Shown here: one piece after another, positions 45,601 to 60,600 of the stretch
How positions within the stretch are numbered: the first letter of the stretch is position 1
How the letters are laid out: each line of letters starts with the position of its first letter
Source of the DNA: Yuukianura sp. NJ FZ-2021
Taxonomy: Eukaryota
Length of the DNA stretch: 64,000 nt
Direction of reading: 5' to 3'
NCBI GenBank assembly: GCA_046563655.1
Contig: JAJCTO010000009.1
Location: forward strand, 868,001 to 932,000
Notes under the pieces: generated by a model
Seen by the model: only the letters and a program-made list of their open reading frames with translations
What the model was told of the DNA's origin: nothing
Database searches by the model: none
Translations under genes and position numbers: made by a program

Positions 45601-48600
45601 TTTACTTTCTGTTCATTCTCACATTTGCATGTTCATTCTCACAAATTTAAGTCGTTTTGCGTCAAAATGGTGCTCGACATTACCCTGGGTGCCGTATTCC
45701 AACCCAAGATAAAATCTGAGGCAGAGCGGTTCATTCAGACTTTTAAGTACGCTCTAACCAGATTTAATTGCGATCTATCCACTCCAATTAAACTTGGGTT
45801 CCTGTAGTACTTTTCAGGAGGATTTCAGAAAAGTAACTCATTTTCACCTGGCATCGCTCCGCGTGGAGGTTTTTCGAATGATTTGTTTTGAAACAAATTT
45901 TCATAAAAAAAGTCACGAGATGAGGGACGACACAGCAAGTGAAAGTGGGTTCCTGTAGCCCTTTTTATGAGTATTTCAAAAATATAGTTGACTTTTACCC
46001 AGCATCGTTCTGGAATGTATTTCTTTTGAATTCTTTGTTTTGAAACATGAATTTTCATAAATAAAGGTAACAAGATGAGAAACGACACAGCAAGTGAAAG
46101 TGGGTTCCTGTAGCACTTTTTATGAGGATTTCAAAAATGTAATTTACTTTCTGTTCATTCTCACATTTGCATGTTCATTCTCACAAAATTTAAGTCGTTT
46201 TGCGTCAAAATGGTGCTCGACATTACCCTGGGTGCCGTATTCCAACCCAAGATAAAATCTGAGGCAGAGCGGTTCATTCAGACTTTTAAGTACGCTCTAA
46301 CCAGATTTAATTGCGATTTATCCACACCAATTAAACTTGGGTTCCTGTAGTACTTTTCAGGAGGATTTCAGAAAAGTAACTCATTTTCACCTGGCATCGC
46401 TCCGCGTGGAGGTTTTTCGAATGATTTGTTTTGAAACAAATTTTCATAAAAAAAAGTCACGAGATGAGGGACGACACAGCAAGTGAAAGTGGGTTCCTGT
46501 AGCCCTTTTTATGAGTATTTCAAAAATATAGTTGACTTTTACCCAGCATCGTTCTGGAATGTATTTCTTTTGAATTCTTTGTTTTGAAACATGAATTTTC
46601 ATAAATAAAGGTAACAAGATGAGAAACGACACAGCAAGTGAAAGTGGGTTCCTGTAGCACTTTTTATGAGGATTTCAAAAATGTAATTTACTTTCTGTTC
46701 ATTCTCACATTTGCATGTTCATTCTCACAAAATTTAAGTCGTTTTGCGTCAAAATGGTGCTCGACATTACCCTGGGTGCCGTATTCCAACCCAAGATAAA
46801 ATCTGAGGCAGAGCGGTTCATTCAGACTTTTAAGTACGCTCTAACCAGATTTAATTGCGATCTATCCACTCCAATTAAACTTGGGTTCCTGTAGTACTTT
46901 TCAGGAGGATTTCAGAAAAGTAACTCATTTTCACCTGGCATCGCTCCGCGTGGAGGTTTTTCGAATGATTTGTTTTGAAACAAATTTTCATAAAAAAAAA
47001 GTCACGAGATGAGGGACGACACAGCAAGTGAAAGTGGGTTCCTGTAGCCCTGTTTATGAGGATTTCAAAAATATAGTTGACTTTTACCCAGCATCGTTCT
47101 GGAATGTATTTCTTTTGAATTCTTTGTTTTGAAACATGAATTTTCATAAATAAAGGTAACAAGATGAGAAACGACACAGCAAGTGAAAGTGGGTTCCTGT
47201 AGCACTTTTTATGAGGATTTCAAAAATGTAATTTACTTTCTGTTCATTCTCACATTTGCATGTTCATTCTCACAAATTTAAGTTGTTTTGCGTCAAAATG
47301 GTGCTCGACATTACCCTGGGTGCCGTATTCCAACCCAAGATAAAATCTGAGGCAGAGCGGTTCATTCAGACTTTTATGTACGCTCTAACCAGATTTAATT
47401 GCGATCTATCCACGCCAATTAAACTTGTGTTCCTGTAGTACTTTTCAGGAGGATTTCAGAAAAGTAACTCCTTTTCACCCGGCATCGCTCCGCGTGGAGG
47501 TTTTTTGAATGATTTGTTTTGAAACAAATTTTCATAAAACAAAGTCACGAGATGAGGGACGACACAGCAAGTGAAAGTGGGTTCCTGTAGCCCTTTTTAT
47601 GAGGATTTCAAAAATATACTTGACTTTTACCCAGCATCGTTCAGGAATGCATTTCTTTTGAATTTTTTGTTTTGAAACATGAATTTTCATAAATAAAGGT
47701 AACAAGATGAGAAACGACACAGCAAGTGAAAGTGGGTTCCTGTAGCACTTTTTATGAGGATTTCAAAAATGTAATTTACTTTCTGTTCATTCTCACATTT
47801 GCATGTTCATTCTCACAAAATTTAAGTCGTTTTGCGTCAAAATGGTGCTCGACATTACCCTGGGTGCCGTATTCCAACCCAAGATAAAATCTGAGGCAGA
47901 GCGGTTCATTCAGACTTTTAAGTACGCTCTAACCAGATTTAATTGCGATTTATCCACACCAATTAAACTTGGGTTCCTGTAGTACTTTTCAGGAGGTTTT
48001 CAGAAAAGTAACTCATTTTCACCAGGCATCGCTCCGCGTGGAGTTTTTTTGAATGATTTGTTTTGAAACAAATTTTCATAAAAAAAGTCACGAGATGAGG
48101 GACGACACAGCAAGTGAAAGTGGGTTCCTGTAGCCCTTTTTATGAGGATTTCAAAAATATACTTGACTTTTACCCAGCATCGTTCAGGAATGCATTTCTT
48201 TTGAATTCTTTGTTTTGAAACATGAATTTTCATAAATAAAGGTAACAAGATGAGAAACGACACAGCAAGTGAAAGTGGGTTCCTGTAGCACTTTTTATGA
48301 GGATTTCAAAAATGTAATTTACTTTCTGTTCATTCTCACATTTGCATGTTCATTCTCACAAAATTTAAGTCGTTTTGCGTCAAAATGGTGCTCGACGTTA
48401 CCCTGGGTGCCGTATTCCAACCCAAGATAAAATCTGAGGCAGAGCGGTTCATTCAGACTTTTAAGTACGCTCTAACCAGATTTAATTGCGATTTATCCAC
48501 ACCAATTAAACTTGGGTTCCTGTAGTACTTTTCAGGAGGTTTTCAGAAAAGTAACTCATTTTCACCCGGCATCGCTCCGCGTGGAGTTTTTTTGAATGAT

Positions 48601-51600
48601 TTGTTTTGATACAAATTTTCATAAAAAAAGTCACGAGATGAGGGACGACACAGCAAGTGAAAGTGGGTTCCTGTAGCCCTTTTTATGAGGATTTCAAAAA
48701 TATAGTTGACTTTTATCCAGCATCGTTCTGGAATGCATTTCTTTTGAATTCTTTTTTCTGAAACATGAATTTTCATAAATAAAGGTAACAAGATGAGAAA
48801 CGACACAGCAAGTGACAGAGGGTTCCTGTAGCACTTTTTATGAGGATTTCAAAAATGTAATTTACTTTCTGTTCATTCTCACATTTGCATGTTCATTCTC
48901 ACAAATTTAAGTTGTTTTGCGTCAAAATGGTGCTCGACATTACCCTGGGTGCCGTATTCCAACCCAAGATAAAATCTGAGGCAGAGCGGTTCATTCAGAC
49001 TTTTATGTACGCTCTAACCAGATTTAATTGCGATCTATCCACGCCAATTAAACTTGTGTTCCTGTAGTACTTTTCAGGAGGATTTCAGAAAAGTAACTCC
49101 TTTTCACCCGGCATCGCTCCGCGTGGAGGTTTTTTGAATGATTTGTTTTGAAACAAATTTTCATAAAACAAAGTCACGAGATGAGGGACGACACAGCAAG
49201 TGAAAGTGGGTTCCTGTAGCCCTTTTTATGAGGATTTCAAAAATATACTTGACTTTTACCCAGCATCGTTCAGGAATGCATTTCTTTTGAATTCTTTGTT
49301 TTGAAACATGAATTTTCATAAATAAAGGTAACAAGATGAGAAACGACACAGCAAGTGAAAGTGGGTTCCTGTAGCACTTTTTATGAGGATTTCAAAAATG
49401 TAATTTACTTTCTGTTCATTCTCACATTTGCATGTTCATTCTCACAAATTTAAGTTGTTTTGCGTCAAAATGGTGCTCGACATTACCCTGGGTGCCGTAT
49501 TCCAACCCAAGATAAAATCTGAGGCAGAGCGGTTCATTCAGACTTTTATGTACGCTCTAACCAGATTTAATTGCGATCTATCCACGCCAATTAAACTTGT
49601 GTTCCTGTAGTACTTTTCAGGAGGATTTCAGAAAAGTAACTCCTTTTCACCCGGCATCGCTCCGCGTGGAGTTTTTTTGAATGATTTGTTTTGAAACAAA
49701 TTTTCATAAAACAAAGTCACGAGATGAGGGACGACACAGCAAGTGAAAGTGGGTTCCTGTAGCCCTTTTTATGAGGATTTCAAAAATATACTTGACTTTT
49801 ACCCAGCATCGTTCAGGAATGCATTTCTTTTGAATTTTTTGTTTTGAAACATGAATTTTCATAAATAAAGGTAACAAGATGAGAAACGACACAGCAAGTG
49901 AAAGTGGGTTCCTGTAGCACTTTTTATGAGGATTTCAAAAATGTAATTTACTTTCTGTTCATTCTCACATTTGCATGTTCATTCTCACAAAATTTAAGTC
50001 GTTTTGCGTCAAAATGGTGCTCGACATTACCCTGGGTGCCGTATTCCAACCCAAGATAAAATCTGAGGCAGAGCGGTTCATTCAGACTTTTAAGTACGCT
50101 CTAACCAGATTTAATTGCGATCTATCCACGCCAATTAAACTTGTGTTCCTGTAGTACTTTTCAGGAGGTTTTCAGAAAAGTAACTCATTTTCACCCGGCA
50201 TCGCTCCGCGTGGAGTTTTTTTGAATGATTTGTTTTGATACAAATTTTCATAAAAAAAAGTCACGAGATGAGGGACGACACAGCAAGTGAAAGTGGGTTC
50301 CTGTAGCCCTTTTTATGAGGATTTCAAAAATATAGTTGACTTTTATCCAGCATCGTTCTGGAATGCATTTCTTTTGAATTCTTTTTCTGAAACATGAATT
50401 TTCATAAATAAAGGTAACAAGATGAGAAACGACACAGCAAGTGACAGAGGGTTCCTGTAGCACTTTTTATGAGGATTTCAAAAATGTAATTTACTTTCTG
50501 TTCATTCTCACATTTGCATGTTCATTCTCACAAAATTTAAGTCGTTTTGCGTCAAAATGGTGCTCGACGTTACCCTGGGTGCCGTATTCCAACCCAAGAT
50601 AAAATCTGAGGCAGAGCGGTTCATTCAGACTTTTAAGTACGCTCTAACCAGATTTAATTGCGATTTATCCACACCAATTAAACTTGGGTTCCTGTAGTAC
50701 TTTTCAGGAGGTTTTCAGAAAAGTAACTCATTTTCACCCGGCATCGCTCCGCGTGGAGTTTTTTGAATGATTTGTTTTGATACAAATTTTCATAAAAAAA
50801 GTCACGAGATGAGGGACGACACAGCAAGTGAAAGTGGGTTCCTGTAGCCCTTTTTATGAGGATTTCAAAAATATAGTTGACTTTTATCCAGCATCGTTCT
50901 GGAATGCATTTCTTTTGAATTCTTTTTTCTGAAACATGAATTTTCATAAATAAAGGTAACAAGATGAGAAACGACACAGCAAGTGACAGAGGGTTCCTGT
51001 AGCACTTTTTATGAGGATTTCAAAAATGTAATTTACTTTCTGTTCATTCTCACATTTGCATGTTCATTCTCACAAATTTAAGTTGTTTTGCGTCAAAATG
51101 GTGCTCGACATTACCCTGGGTGCCGTATTCCAACCCAAGATAAAATCTGAGGCAGAGCGGTTCATTCAGACTTTTATGTACGCTCTAACCAGATTTAATT
51201 GCGATCTATCCACGCCAATTAAACTTGTGTTCCTGTAGTACTTTTCAGGAGGATTTCAGAAAAGTAACTCCTTTTCACCCGGCATCGCTCCGCGTGGAGG
51301 TTTTTTGAATGATTTGTTTTGAAACAAATTTTCATAAAACAAAGTCACGAGATGAGGGACGACACAGCAAGTGAAAGTGGGTTCCTGTAGCCCTTTTTAT
51401 GAGGATTTCAAAAATATACTTGACTTTTACCCAGCATCGTTCAGGAATGCATTTCTTTTGAATTCTTTGTTTTGAAACATGAATTTTCATAAATAAAGGT
51501 AACAAGATGAGAAACGACACAGCAAGTGACAGAGGGTTCCTGTAGCACTTTTTATGAGGATTTCAAAAATGTAATTTACTTTCTGTTCATTCTCACATTT

Positions 51601-54600
51601 GCATGTTCATTCTCACAAATTTAAGTTGTTTTGCGTCAAAATGGTGCTCGACATTACCCTGGGTGCCGTATTCCAACCCAAGATAAAATCTGAGGCAGAG
51701 CGGTTCATTCAGACTTTTATGTACGCTCTAACCAGATTTAATTGCGATCTATCCACGCCAATTAAACTTGTGTTCCTGTAGTACTTTTCAGGAGGATTTC
51801 AGAAAAGTAACTCCTTTTCACCCGGCATCGCTCCGCGTGGAGGTTTTTTGAATGATTTGTTTTGAAACAAATTTTCATAAAACAAAGTCACGAGATGAGG
51901 GACGACACAGCAAGTGAAAGTGGGTTCCTGTAGCCCTTTTTATGAGGATTTCAAAAATATACTTGACTTTTACCCAGCATCGTTCAGGAATGCATTTCTT
52001 TTGAATTCTTTGTTTTGAAACATGAATTTTCATAAATAAAGGTAACAAGATGAGAAACGACACAGCAAGTGAAAGTGGGTTCCTGTAGCACTTTTTATGA
52101 GGATTTCAAAAATGTAATTTACTTTCTGTTCATTCTCACATTTGCATGTTCATTCTCACAAATTTAAGTTGTTTTGCGTCAAAATGGTGCTCGACATTAC
52201 CCTGGGTGCCGTATTCCAACCCAAGATAAAATCTGAGGCAGAGCGGTTCATTCAGACTTTTATGTACGCTCTAACCAGATTTAATTGCGATCTATCCACG
52301 CCAATTAAACTTGTGTTCCTGTAGTACTTTTCAGGAGGATTTCAGAAAAGTAACTCCTTTTCACCCGGCATCGCTCCGCGTGGAGGATTTTTGAATGATT
52401 TGTTTTGAAACAAATTTTTATAAAAAAAAAGTCACGAGATGAGGGACGACACAGCAAGTGAAAGTGGGTTCCTGTAGCCCTTTTTATGAGGATTTCAAAA
52501 ATATACTTGACTTTTACCCAGCATCGTTCAGGAATGCATTTCTTTTGAATTCTTTGTTTTGAAACATGAATTTTCATAAATAAAGGTAACAAGATGAGAA
52601 ACGACACAGCAAGTGAAAGTGGGTTCCTGTAGCACTTTTTATGAGGATTTCAAAAATGTAATTTACTTTCTGTTCATTCTCACATTTGCATGTTCATTCT
52701 CACAAAATTTAAGTCGTTTTGCGTCAAAATGGTGCTCGACATTACCCTGGGTGCCGTATTCCAACCCAAGATAAAATCTGAGGCAGAGCGGTTCATTCAG
52801 ACTTTTAAGTACGCTCTAACCAGATTTAATTGCGATTTATCCACACCAATTAAACTTGGGTTCCTGTAGTACTTTTCAGGAGGTTTTCAGAAAAGTAACT
52901 CATTTTCACCCGGCATCGCTCCGCGTGGAGTTTTTTTGAATGATTTGTTTTGAAACAAATTTTCATAAAAAAAGTCACGAGATGAGGGACGACACAGCAA
53001 GTGAAAGTGGGTTCCTGTAGCCCTTTTTATGAGGATTTCAAAAATATACTTGACTTTTACCCAGCATCGTTCAGGAATGCATTTCTTTTGAATTCTTTGT
53101 TTTGAAACATGAATTTTCATAAATAAAGGTAACAAGATGAGAAACGACACAGCAAGTGAAAGTGGGTTCCTGTAGCACTTTTTATGAGGATTTCAAAAAT
53201 GTAATTTACTTTCTGTTCATTCTCACATTTGCATGTTCATTCTCACAAAATTTAAGTCGTTTTGCGTCAAAATGGTGCTCGACATTACCCTGGGTGCCGT
53301 ATTCCAACCCAAGATAAAATCTGAGGCAGAGCGGTTCATTCAGACTTTTAAGTACGCTCTAACCAGATTTAATTGCGATTTATCCACACCAATTAAACTT
53401 GGGTTCCTGTAGTACTTTTCAGGAGGTTTTCAGAAAAGTAACTCATTTTCACCCGGCATCGCTCCGCGTGGAGTTTTTTTGAATGATTTGTTTTGAAACA
53501 AATTTTCATAAAAAAAGTCACGAGATGAGGGACGACACAGCAAGTGAAAGTGGGTTCCTGTAGCCCTTTTTATGAGTATTTCAAAAATATAGTTGACTTT
53601 TACCCAGCATCGTTCTGGAATGTATTTCTTTTGAATTCTTTGTTTTGAAACATGAATTTTCATAAATAAAGGTAACAAGATGAGAAACGACACAGCAAGT
53701 GACAGAGGGTTCCTGTAGCACTTTTTATGAGGATTTCAAAAATGTAATTTACTTTCTGTTCATTCTCACATTTGCATGTTCATTCTCACAAATTTAAGTT
53801 GTTTTGCGTCAAAATGGTGCTCGACATTACCCTGGGTGCCGTATTCCAACCCAAGATAAAATCTGAGGCAGAGCGGTTCATTCAGACTTTTATGTACGCT
53901 CTAACCAGATTTAATTGCGATCTATCCACGCCAATTAAACTTGTGTTCCTGTAGTACTTTTCAGGAGGATTTCAGAAAAGTAACTCCTTTTCACCCGGCA
54001 TCGCTCCGCGTGGAGGTTTTTTGAATGATTTGTTTTGAAACAAATTTTCATAAAACAAAGTCACGAGATGAGGGACGACACAGCAAGTGAAAGTGGGTTC
54101 CTGTAGCCCTTTTTATGAGGATTTCAAAAATATACTTGACTTTTACCCAGCATCGTTCAGGAATGCATTTCTTTTGAATTCTTTGTTTTGAAACATGAAT
54201 TTTCATAAATAAAGGTAACAAGATGAGAAACGACACAGCAAGTGAAAGTGGGTTCCTGTAGCACTTTTTATGAGGATTTCAAAAATGTAATTTACTTTCT
54301 GTTCATTCTCACATTTGCATGTTCATTCTCACAAATTTAAGTTGTTTTGCGTCAAAATGGTGCTCGACATTACCCTGGGTGCCGTATTCCAACCCAAGAT
54401 AAAATCTGAGGCAGAGCGGTTCATTCAGACTTTTATGTACGCTCTAACCAGATTTAATTGCGATCTATCCACGCCAATTAAACTTGTGTTCCTGTAGTAC
54501 TTTTCAGGAGGATTTCAGAAAAGTAACTCCTTTTCACCCGGCATCGCTCCGCGTGGAGGTTTTTTGAATGATTTGTTTTGAAACAAATTTTCATAAAACA

Positions 54601-57600
54601 AAGTCACGAGATGAGGGACGACACAGCAAGTGAAAGTGGGTTCCTGTAGCCCTTTTTATGAGGATTTCAAAAATATACTTGACTTTTACCCAGCATCGTT
54701 CAGGAATGCATTTCTTTTGAATTTTTTGTTTTGAAACATGAATTTTCATAAATAAAGGTAACAAGATGAGAAACGACACAGCAAGTGAAAGTGGGTTCCT
54801 GTAGCACTTTTTATGAGGATTTCAAAAATGTAATTTACTTTCTGTTCATTCTCACATTTGCATGTTCATTCTCACAAAATTTAAGTCGTTTTGCGTCAAA
54901 ATGGTGCTCGACATTACCCTGGGTGCCGTATTCCAACCCAAGATAAAATCTGAGGCAGAGCGGTTCATTCAGACTTTTAAGTACGCTCTAACCAGATTTA
55001 ATTGCGATTTATCCACACCAATTAAACTTGGGTTCCTGTAGTACTTTTCAGGAGGTTTTCAGAAAAGTAACTCATTTTCACCAGGCATCGCTCCGCGTGG
55101 AGTTTTTTGAATGATTTGTTTTGAAACAAATTTTCATAAAAAAAGTCACGAGATGAGGGACGACACAGCAAGTGAAAGTGGGTTCCTGTAGCCCTTTTTA
55201 TGAGGATTTCAAAAATATACTTGACTTTTACCCAGCATCGTTCAGGAATGCATTTCTTTTGAATTCTTTGTTTTGAAACATGAATTTTCATAAATAAAGG
55301 TAACAAGATGAGAAACGACACAGCAAGTGAAAGTGGGTTCCTGTAGCACTTTTTATGAGGATTTCAAAAATGTAATTTACTTTCTGTTCATTCTCACATT
55401 TGCATGTTCATTCTCACAAAATTTAAGTCGTTTTGCGTCAAAATGGTGCTCGACATTACCCTGGGTGCCGTATTCCAACCCAAGATAAAATCTGAGGCAG
55501 AGCGGTTCATTCAGACTTTTAAGTACGCTCTAACCAGATTTAATTGCGATTTATCCACACCAATTAAACTTGGGTTCCTGTAGTACTTTTCAGGAGGTTT
55601 TCAGAAAAGTAACTCATTTTCACCCGGCATCGCTCCGCGTGGAGTTTTTTTGAATGATTTGTTTTGAAACAAATTTTCATAAAAAAAAGTCACGAGATGA
55701 GGGACGACACAGCAAGTGAAAGTGGGTTCCTGTAGCCCTTTTTATGAGTATTTCAAAAATATAGTTGACTTTTACCCAGCATCGTTCTGGAATGTATTTC
55801 TTTTGAATTCTTTGTTTTGAAACATGAATTTTCATAAATAAAGGTAACAAGATGAGAAACGACACAGCAAGTGAAAGTGGGTTCCTGTAGCACTTTTTAT
55901 GAGGATTTCAAAAATGTAATTTACTTTCTGTTCATTCTCACATTTGCATGTTCATTCTCACAAAATTTAAGTCGTTTTGCGTCAAAATGGTGCTCGACAT
56001 TACCCTGGGTGCCGTATTCCAACCCAAGATAAAATCTGAGGCAGAGCGGTTCATTCAGACTTTTATGTACGCTCTAACCAGATTTAATTGCGATCTATCC
56101 ACGCCAATTAAACTTGTGTTCCTGTAGTACTTTTCAGGAGGATTTCAGAAAAGTAACTCCTTTTCACCCGGCATCGCTCCGCGTGGAGGTTTTTTGAATG
56201 ATTTGTTTTGAAACAAATTTTCATAAAACAAAGTCACGAGATGAGGGACGACACAGCAAGTGAAAGTGGGTTCCTGTAGCCCTTTTTATGAGGATTTCAA
56301 AAATATACTTGACTTTTACCCAGCATCGTTCAGGAATGCATTTCTTTTGAATTCTTTGTTTTGAAACATGAATTTTCATAAATAAAGGTAACAAGATGAG
56401 AAACGACACAGCAAGTGAAAGTGGGTTCCTGTAGCACTTTTTATGAGGATTTCAAAAATGTAATTTACTTTCTGTTCATTCTCACATTTGCATGTTCATT
56501 CTCACAAAATTTAAGTCGTTTTGCGTCAAAATGGTGCTCGACATTACCCTGGGTGCCGTATTCCAACCCAAGATAAAATCTGAGGCAGAGCGGTTCATTC
56601 AAACTTTTAAGTACGCTCTAACCAGATTTAATTGCGATCTATCCACTCCAATTAAACTTGGGTTCCTGTAGTACTTTTCAGGAGGATTTCAGAAAAGTAA
56701 CTCATTTTCACCTGGCATCGCTCCGCGTGGAGGTTTTTTGAATGATTTGTTTTGAAACAAATTTTCATAAAAAAAAAGTCACGAGATGAGGGACGACACA
56801 GCAAGTGAAAGTGGGTTCCTGTAGCCCTTTTTATGAGTATTTCAAAAATATAGTTGACTTTTACCCAGCATCGTTCTGGAATGTATTTCTTTTGAATTCT
56901 TTGTTTTGAAACATGAATTTTCATAAATAAAGGTAACAAGATGAGAAACGACACAGCAAGTGAAAGTGGGTTCCTGTAGCACTTTTTATGAGGATTTCAA
57001 AAATGTAATTTACTTTCTGTTCATTCTCACATTTGCATGTTCATTCTCACAAATTTAAGTTGTTTTGCGTCAAAATGGTGCTCGACATTACCCTGGGTGC
57101 CGTATTCCAACCCAAGATAAAATCTGAGGCAGAGCGGTTCATTCAGACTTTTAAGTACGCTCTAACCAGATTTAATTGCGATTTATCCACACCAATTAAA
57201 CTTGGGTTCCTGTAGTACTTTTCAGGAGGTTTTCAGAAAAGTAACTCATTTTCACCAGGCATCGCTCCGCGTGGAGTTTTTTTGAATGATTTGTTTTGAA
57301 ACAAATTTTCATAAAAAAAGTCACGAGATGAGGGACGACACAGCAAGTGAAAGTGGGTTCCTGTAGCCCTTTTTATGAGGATTTCAAAAATATACTTGAC
57401 TTTTACCCAGCATCGTTCTGGAATGCATTTCTTTTGAATTCTTTGTTTTGAAACATGAATTTTCATAAATAAAGGTAACAAGATGAGAAACGACACAGCA
57501 AGTGAAAGTGGGTTCCTGTAGCACTTTTTATGAGGATTTCAAAAATGTAATTTACTTTCTGTTCATTCTCACATTTGCATGTTCATTCTCACAAAATTTA

Positions 57601-60600
57601 AGTCGTTTTGCGTCAAAATGGTGCTCGACGTTACCCTGGGTGCCGTATTCCAACCCAAGATAAAATCTGAGGCAGAGCGGTTCATTCAGACTTTTATGTA
57701 CGCTCTAACCAGATTTAATTGCGATCTATCCACGCCAATTAAACTTGTGTTCCTGTAGTACTTTTCAGGAGGATTTCAGAAAAGTAACTCCTTTTCACCC
57801 GGCATCGCTCCGCGTGGAGGTTTTTTGAATGATTTGTTTTGAAACAAATTTTCATAAAACAAAGTCACGAGATGAGGGACGACACAGCAAGTGAAAGTGG
57901 GTTCCTGTAGCCCTTTTTATGAGGATTTCAAAAATATACTTGACTTTTACCCAGCATCGTTCAGGAATGCATTTCTTTTGAATTCTTTGTTTTGAAACAT
58001 GAATTTTCATAAATAAAGGTAACAAGATGAGAAACGACACAGCAAGTGAAAGTGGGTTCCTGTAGCACTTTTTATGAGGATTTCAAAAATGTAATTTACT
58101 TTCTGTTCATTCTCACATTTGCATGTTCATTCTCACAAAATTTAAGTCGTTTTGCGTCAAAATGGTGCTCGACGTTACCCTGGGTGCCGTATTCCAACCC
58201 AAGATAAAATCTGAGGCAGAGCGGTTCATTCAGACTTTTAAGTACGCTCTAACCAGATTTAATTGCGATTTATCCACACCAATTAAACTTGGGTTCCTGT
58301 AGTACTTTTCAGGAGGTTTTCAGAAAAGTAACTCATTTTCACCCGGCATCGCTCCGCGTGGAGTTTTTTTGAATGATTTGTTTTGAAACAAATTTTCATA
58401 AAAAAAAGTCACGAGATGAGGGACGACACAGCAAGTGAAAGTGGGTTCCTGTAGCCCTTTTTATGAGGATTTCAAAAATATACTTGACTTTTACCCAGCA
58501 TCGTTCAGGAATGCATTTCTTTTGAATTCTTTGTTTTGAAACATGAATTTTCATAAATAAAGGTAACAAGATGAGAAACGACACAGCAAGTGAAAGTGGG
58601 TTCCTGTAGCACTTTTTATGAGGATTTCAAAAATGTAATTTACTTTCTGTTCATTCTCACATTTGCATGTTCATTCTCACAAAATTTAAGTCGTTTTGCG
58701 TCAAAATGGTGCTCGACATTACCCTGGGTGCCGTATTCCAACCCAAGATAAAATCTGAGGCAGAGCGGTTCATTCAGACTTTTAAGTACGCTCTAACCAG
58801 ATTTAATTGCGATTTATCCACACCAATTAAACTTGGGTTCCTGTAGTACTTTTCAGGAGGTTTTCAGAAAAGTAACTCATTTTCACCCGGCATCGCTCCG
58901 CGTGGAGTTTTTTTGAATGATTTGTTTTGAAACAAATTTTCATAAAAAAAGTCACGAGATGAGGGACGACACAGCAAGTGAAAGTGGGTTCCTGTAGCCC
59001 TTTTTATGAGGATTTCAAAAATATACTTGACTTTTACCCAGCATCGTTCTGGAATGCATTTCTTTTGAATTCTTTGTTTTGAAACATGAATTTTCATAAA
59101 TAAAGGTAACAAGATGAGAAACGACACAGCAAGTGAAAGTGGGTTCCTGTAGCACTTTTTATGAGGATTTCAAAAATGTAATTTACTTTCTGTTCATTCT
59201 CACATTTGCATGTTCATTCTCACAAAATTTAAGTCGTTTTGCGTCAAAATGGTGCTCGACATTACCCTGGGTGCCGTATTCCAACCCAAGATAAAATCTG
59301 AGGCAGAGCGGTTCATTCAGACTTTTAAGTACGCTCTAACCAGATTTAATTGCGATTTATCCACACCAATTAAACTTGGGTTCCTGTAGTACTTTTCAGG
59401 AGGTTTTCAGAAAAGTAACTCATTTTCACCCGGCATCGCTCCGCGTGGAGTTTTTTTTGAATGATTTGTTTTGAAACAAATTTTCATAAAAAAAAGTCAC
59501 GAGATGAGGGACGACACAGCAAGTGAAAGTGGGTTCCTGTAGCCCTTTTTATGAGGATTTCAAAAATATACTTGACTTTTACCCAGCATCGTTCTGGAAT
59601 GCATTTCTTTTGAATTCTTTGTTTTGAAACATGAATTTTCATAAATAAAGGTAACAAGATGAGAAACGACACAGCAAGTGAAAGTGGGTTCCTGTAGCAC
59701 TTTTTATGAGGATTTCAAAAATGTAATTTACTTTCTGTTCATTCTCACATTTGCATGTTCATTCTCACAAAATTTAAGTCGTTTTGCGTCAAAATGGTGC
59801 TCGACGTTACCCTGGGTGCCGTATTCCAACCCAAGATAAAATCTGAGGCAGAGCGGTTCATTCAGACTTTTAAGTACGCTCTAACCAGATTTAATTGCGA
59901 TTTATCCACACCAATTAAACTTGGGTTCCTGTAGTACTTTTCAGGAGGTTTTCAGAAAAGTAACTCATTTTCACCCGGCATCGCTCCGCGTGGAGTTTTT
60001 TTGAATGATTTGTTTTGATACAAATTTTCATAAAAAAAGTCACGAGATGAGGGACGACACAGCAAGTGAAAGTGGGTTCCTGTAGCCCTTTTTATGAGGA
60101 TTTCAAAAATATACTTGACTTTTACCCAGCATCGTTCTGGAATGCATTTCTTTTGAATTCTTTGTTTTGAAACATGAATTTTCATAAATAAAGGTAACAA
60201 GATGAGAAACGACACAGCAAGTGAAAGTGGGTTCCTGTAGCACTTTTTATGAGGATTTCAAAAATGTAATTTACTTTCTGTTCATTCTCACATTTGCATG
60301 TTCATTCTCACAAAATTTAAGTCGTTTTGCGTCAAAATGGTGCTCGACATTACCCTGGGTGCCGTATTCCAACCCAAGATAAAATCTGAGGCAGAGCGGT
60401 TCATTCAGACTTTTAAGTACGCTCTAACCAGATTTAATTGCGATTTATCCACACCAATTAAACTTGGGTTCCTGTAGTACTTTTCAGGAGGTTTTCAGAA
60501 AAGTAACTCATTTTCACCCGGCATCGCTCCGCGTGGAGTTTTTTTGAATGATTTGTTTTGAAACAAATTTTCATAAAAAAAAGTCACGAGATGAGGGACG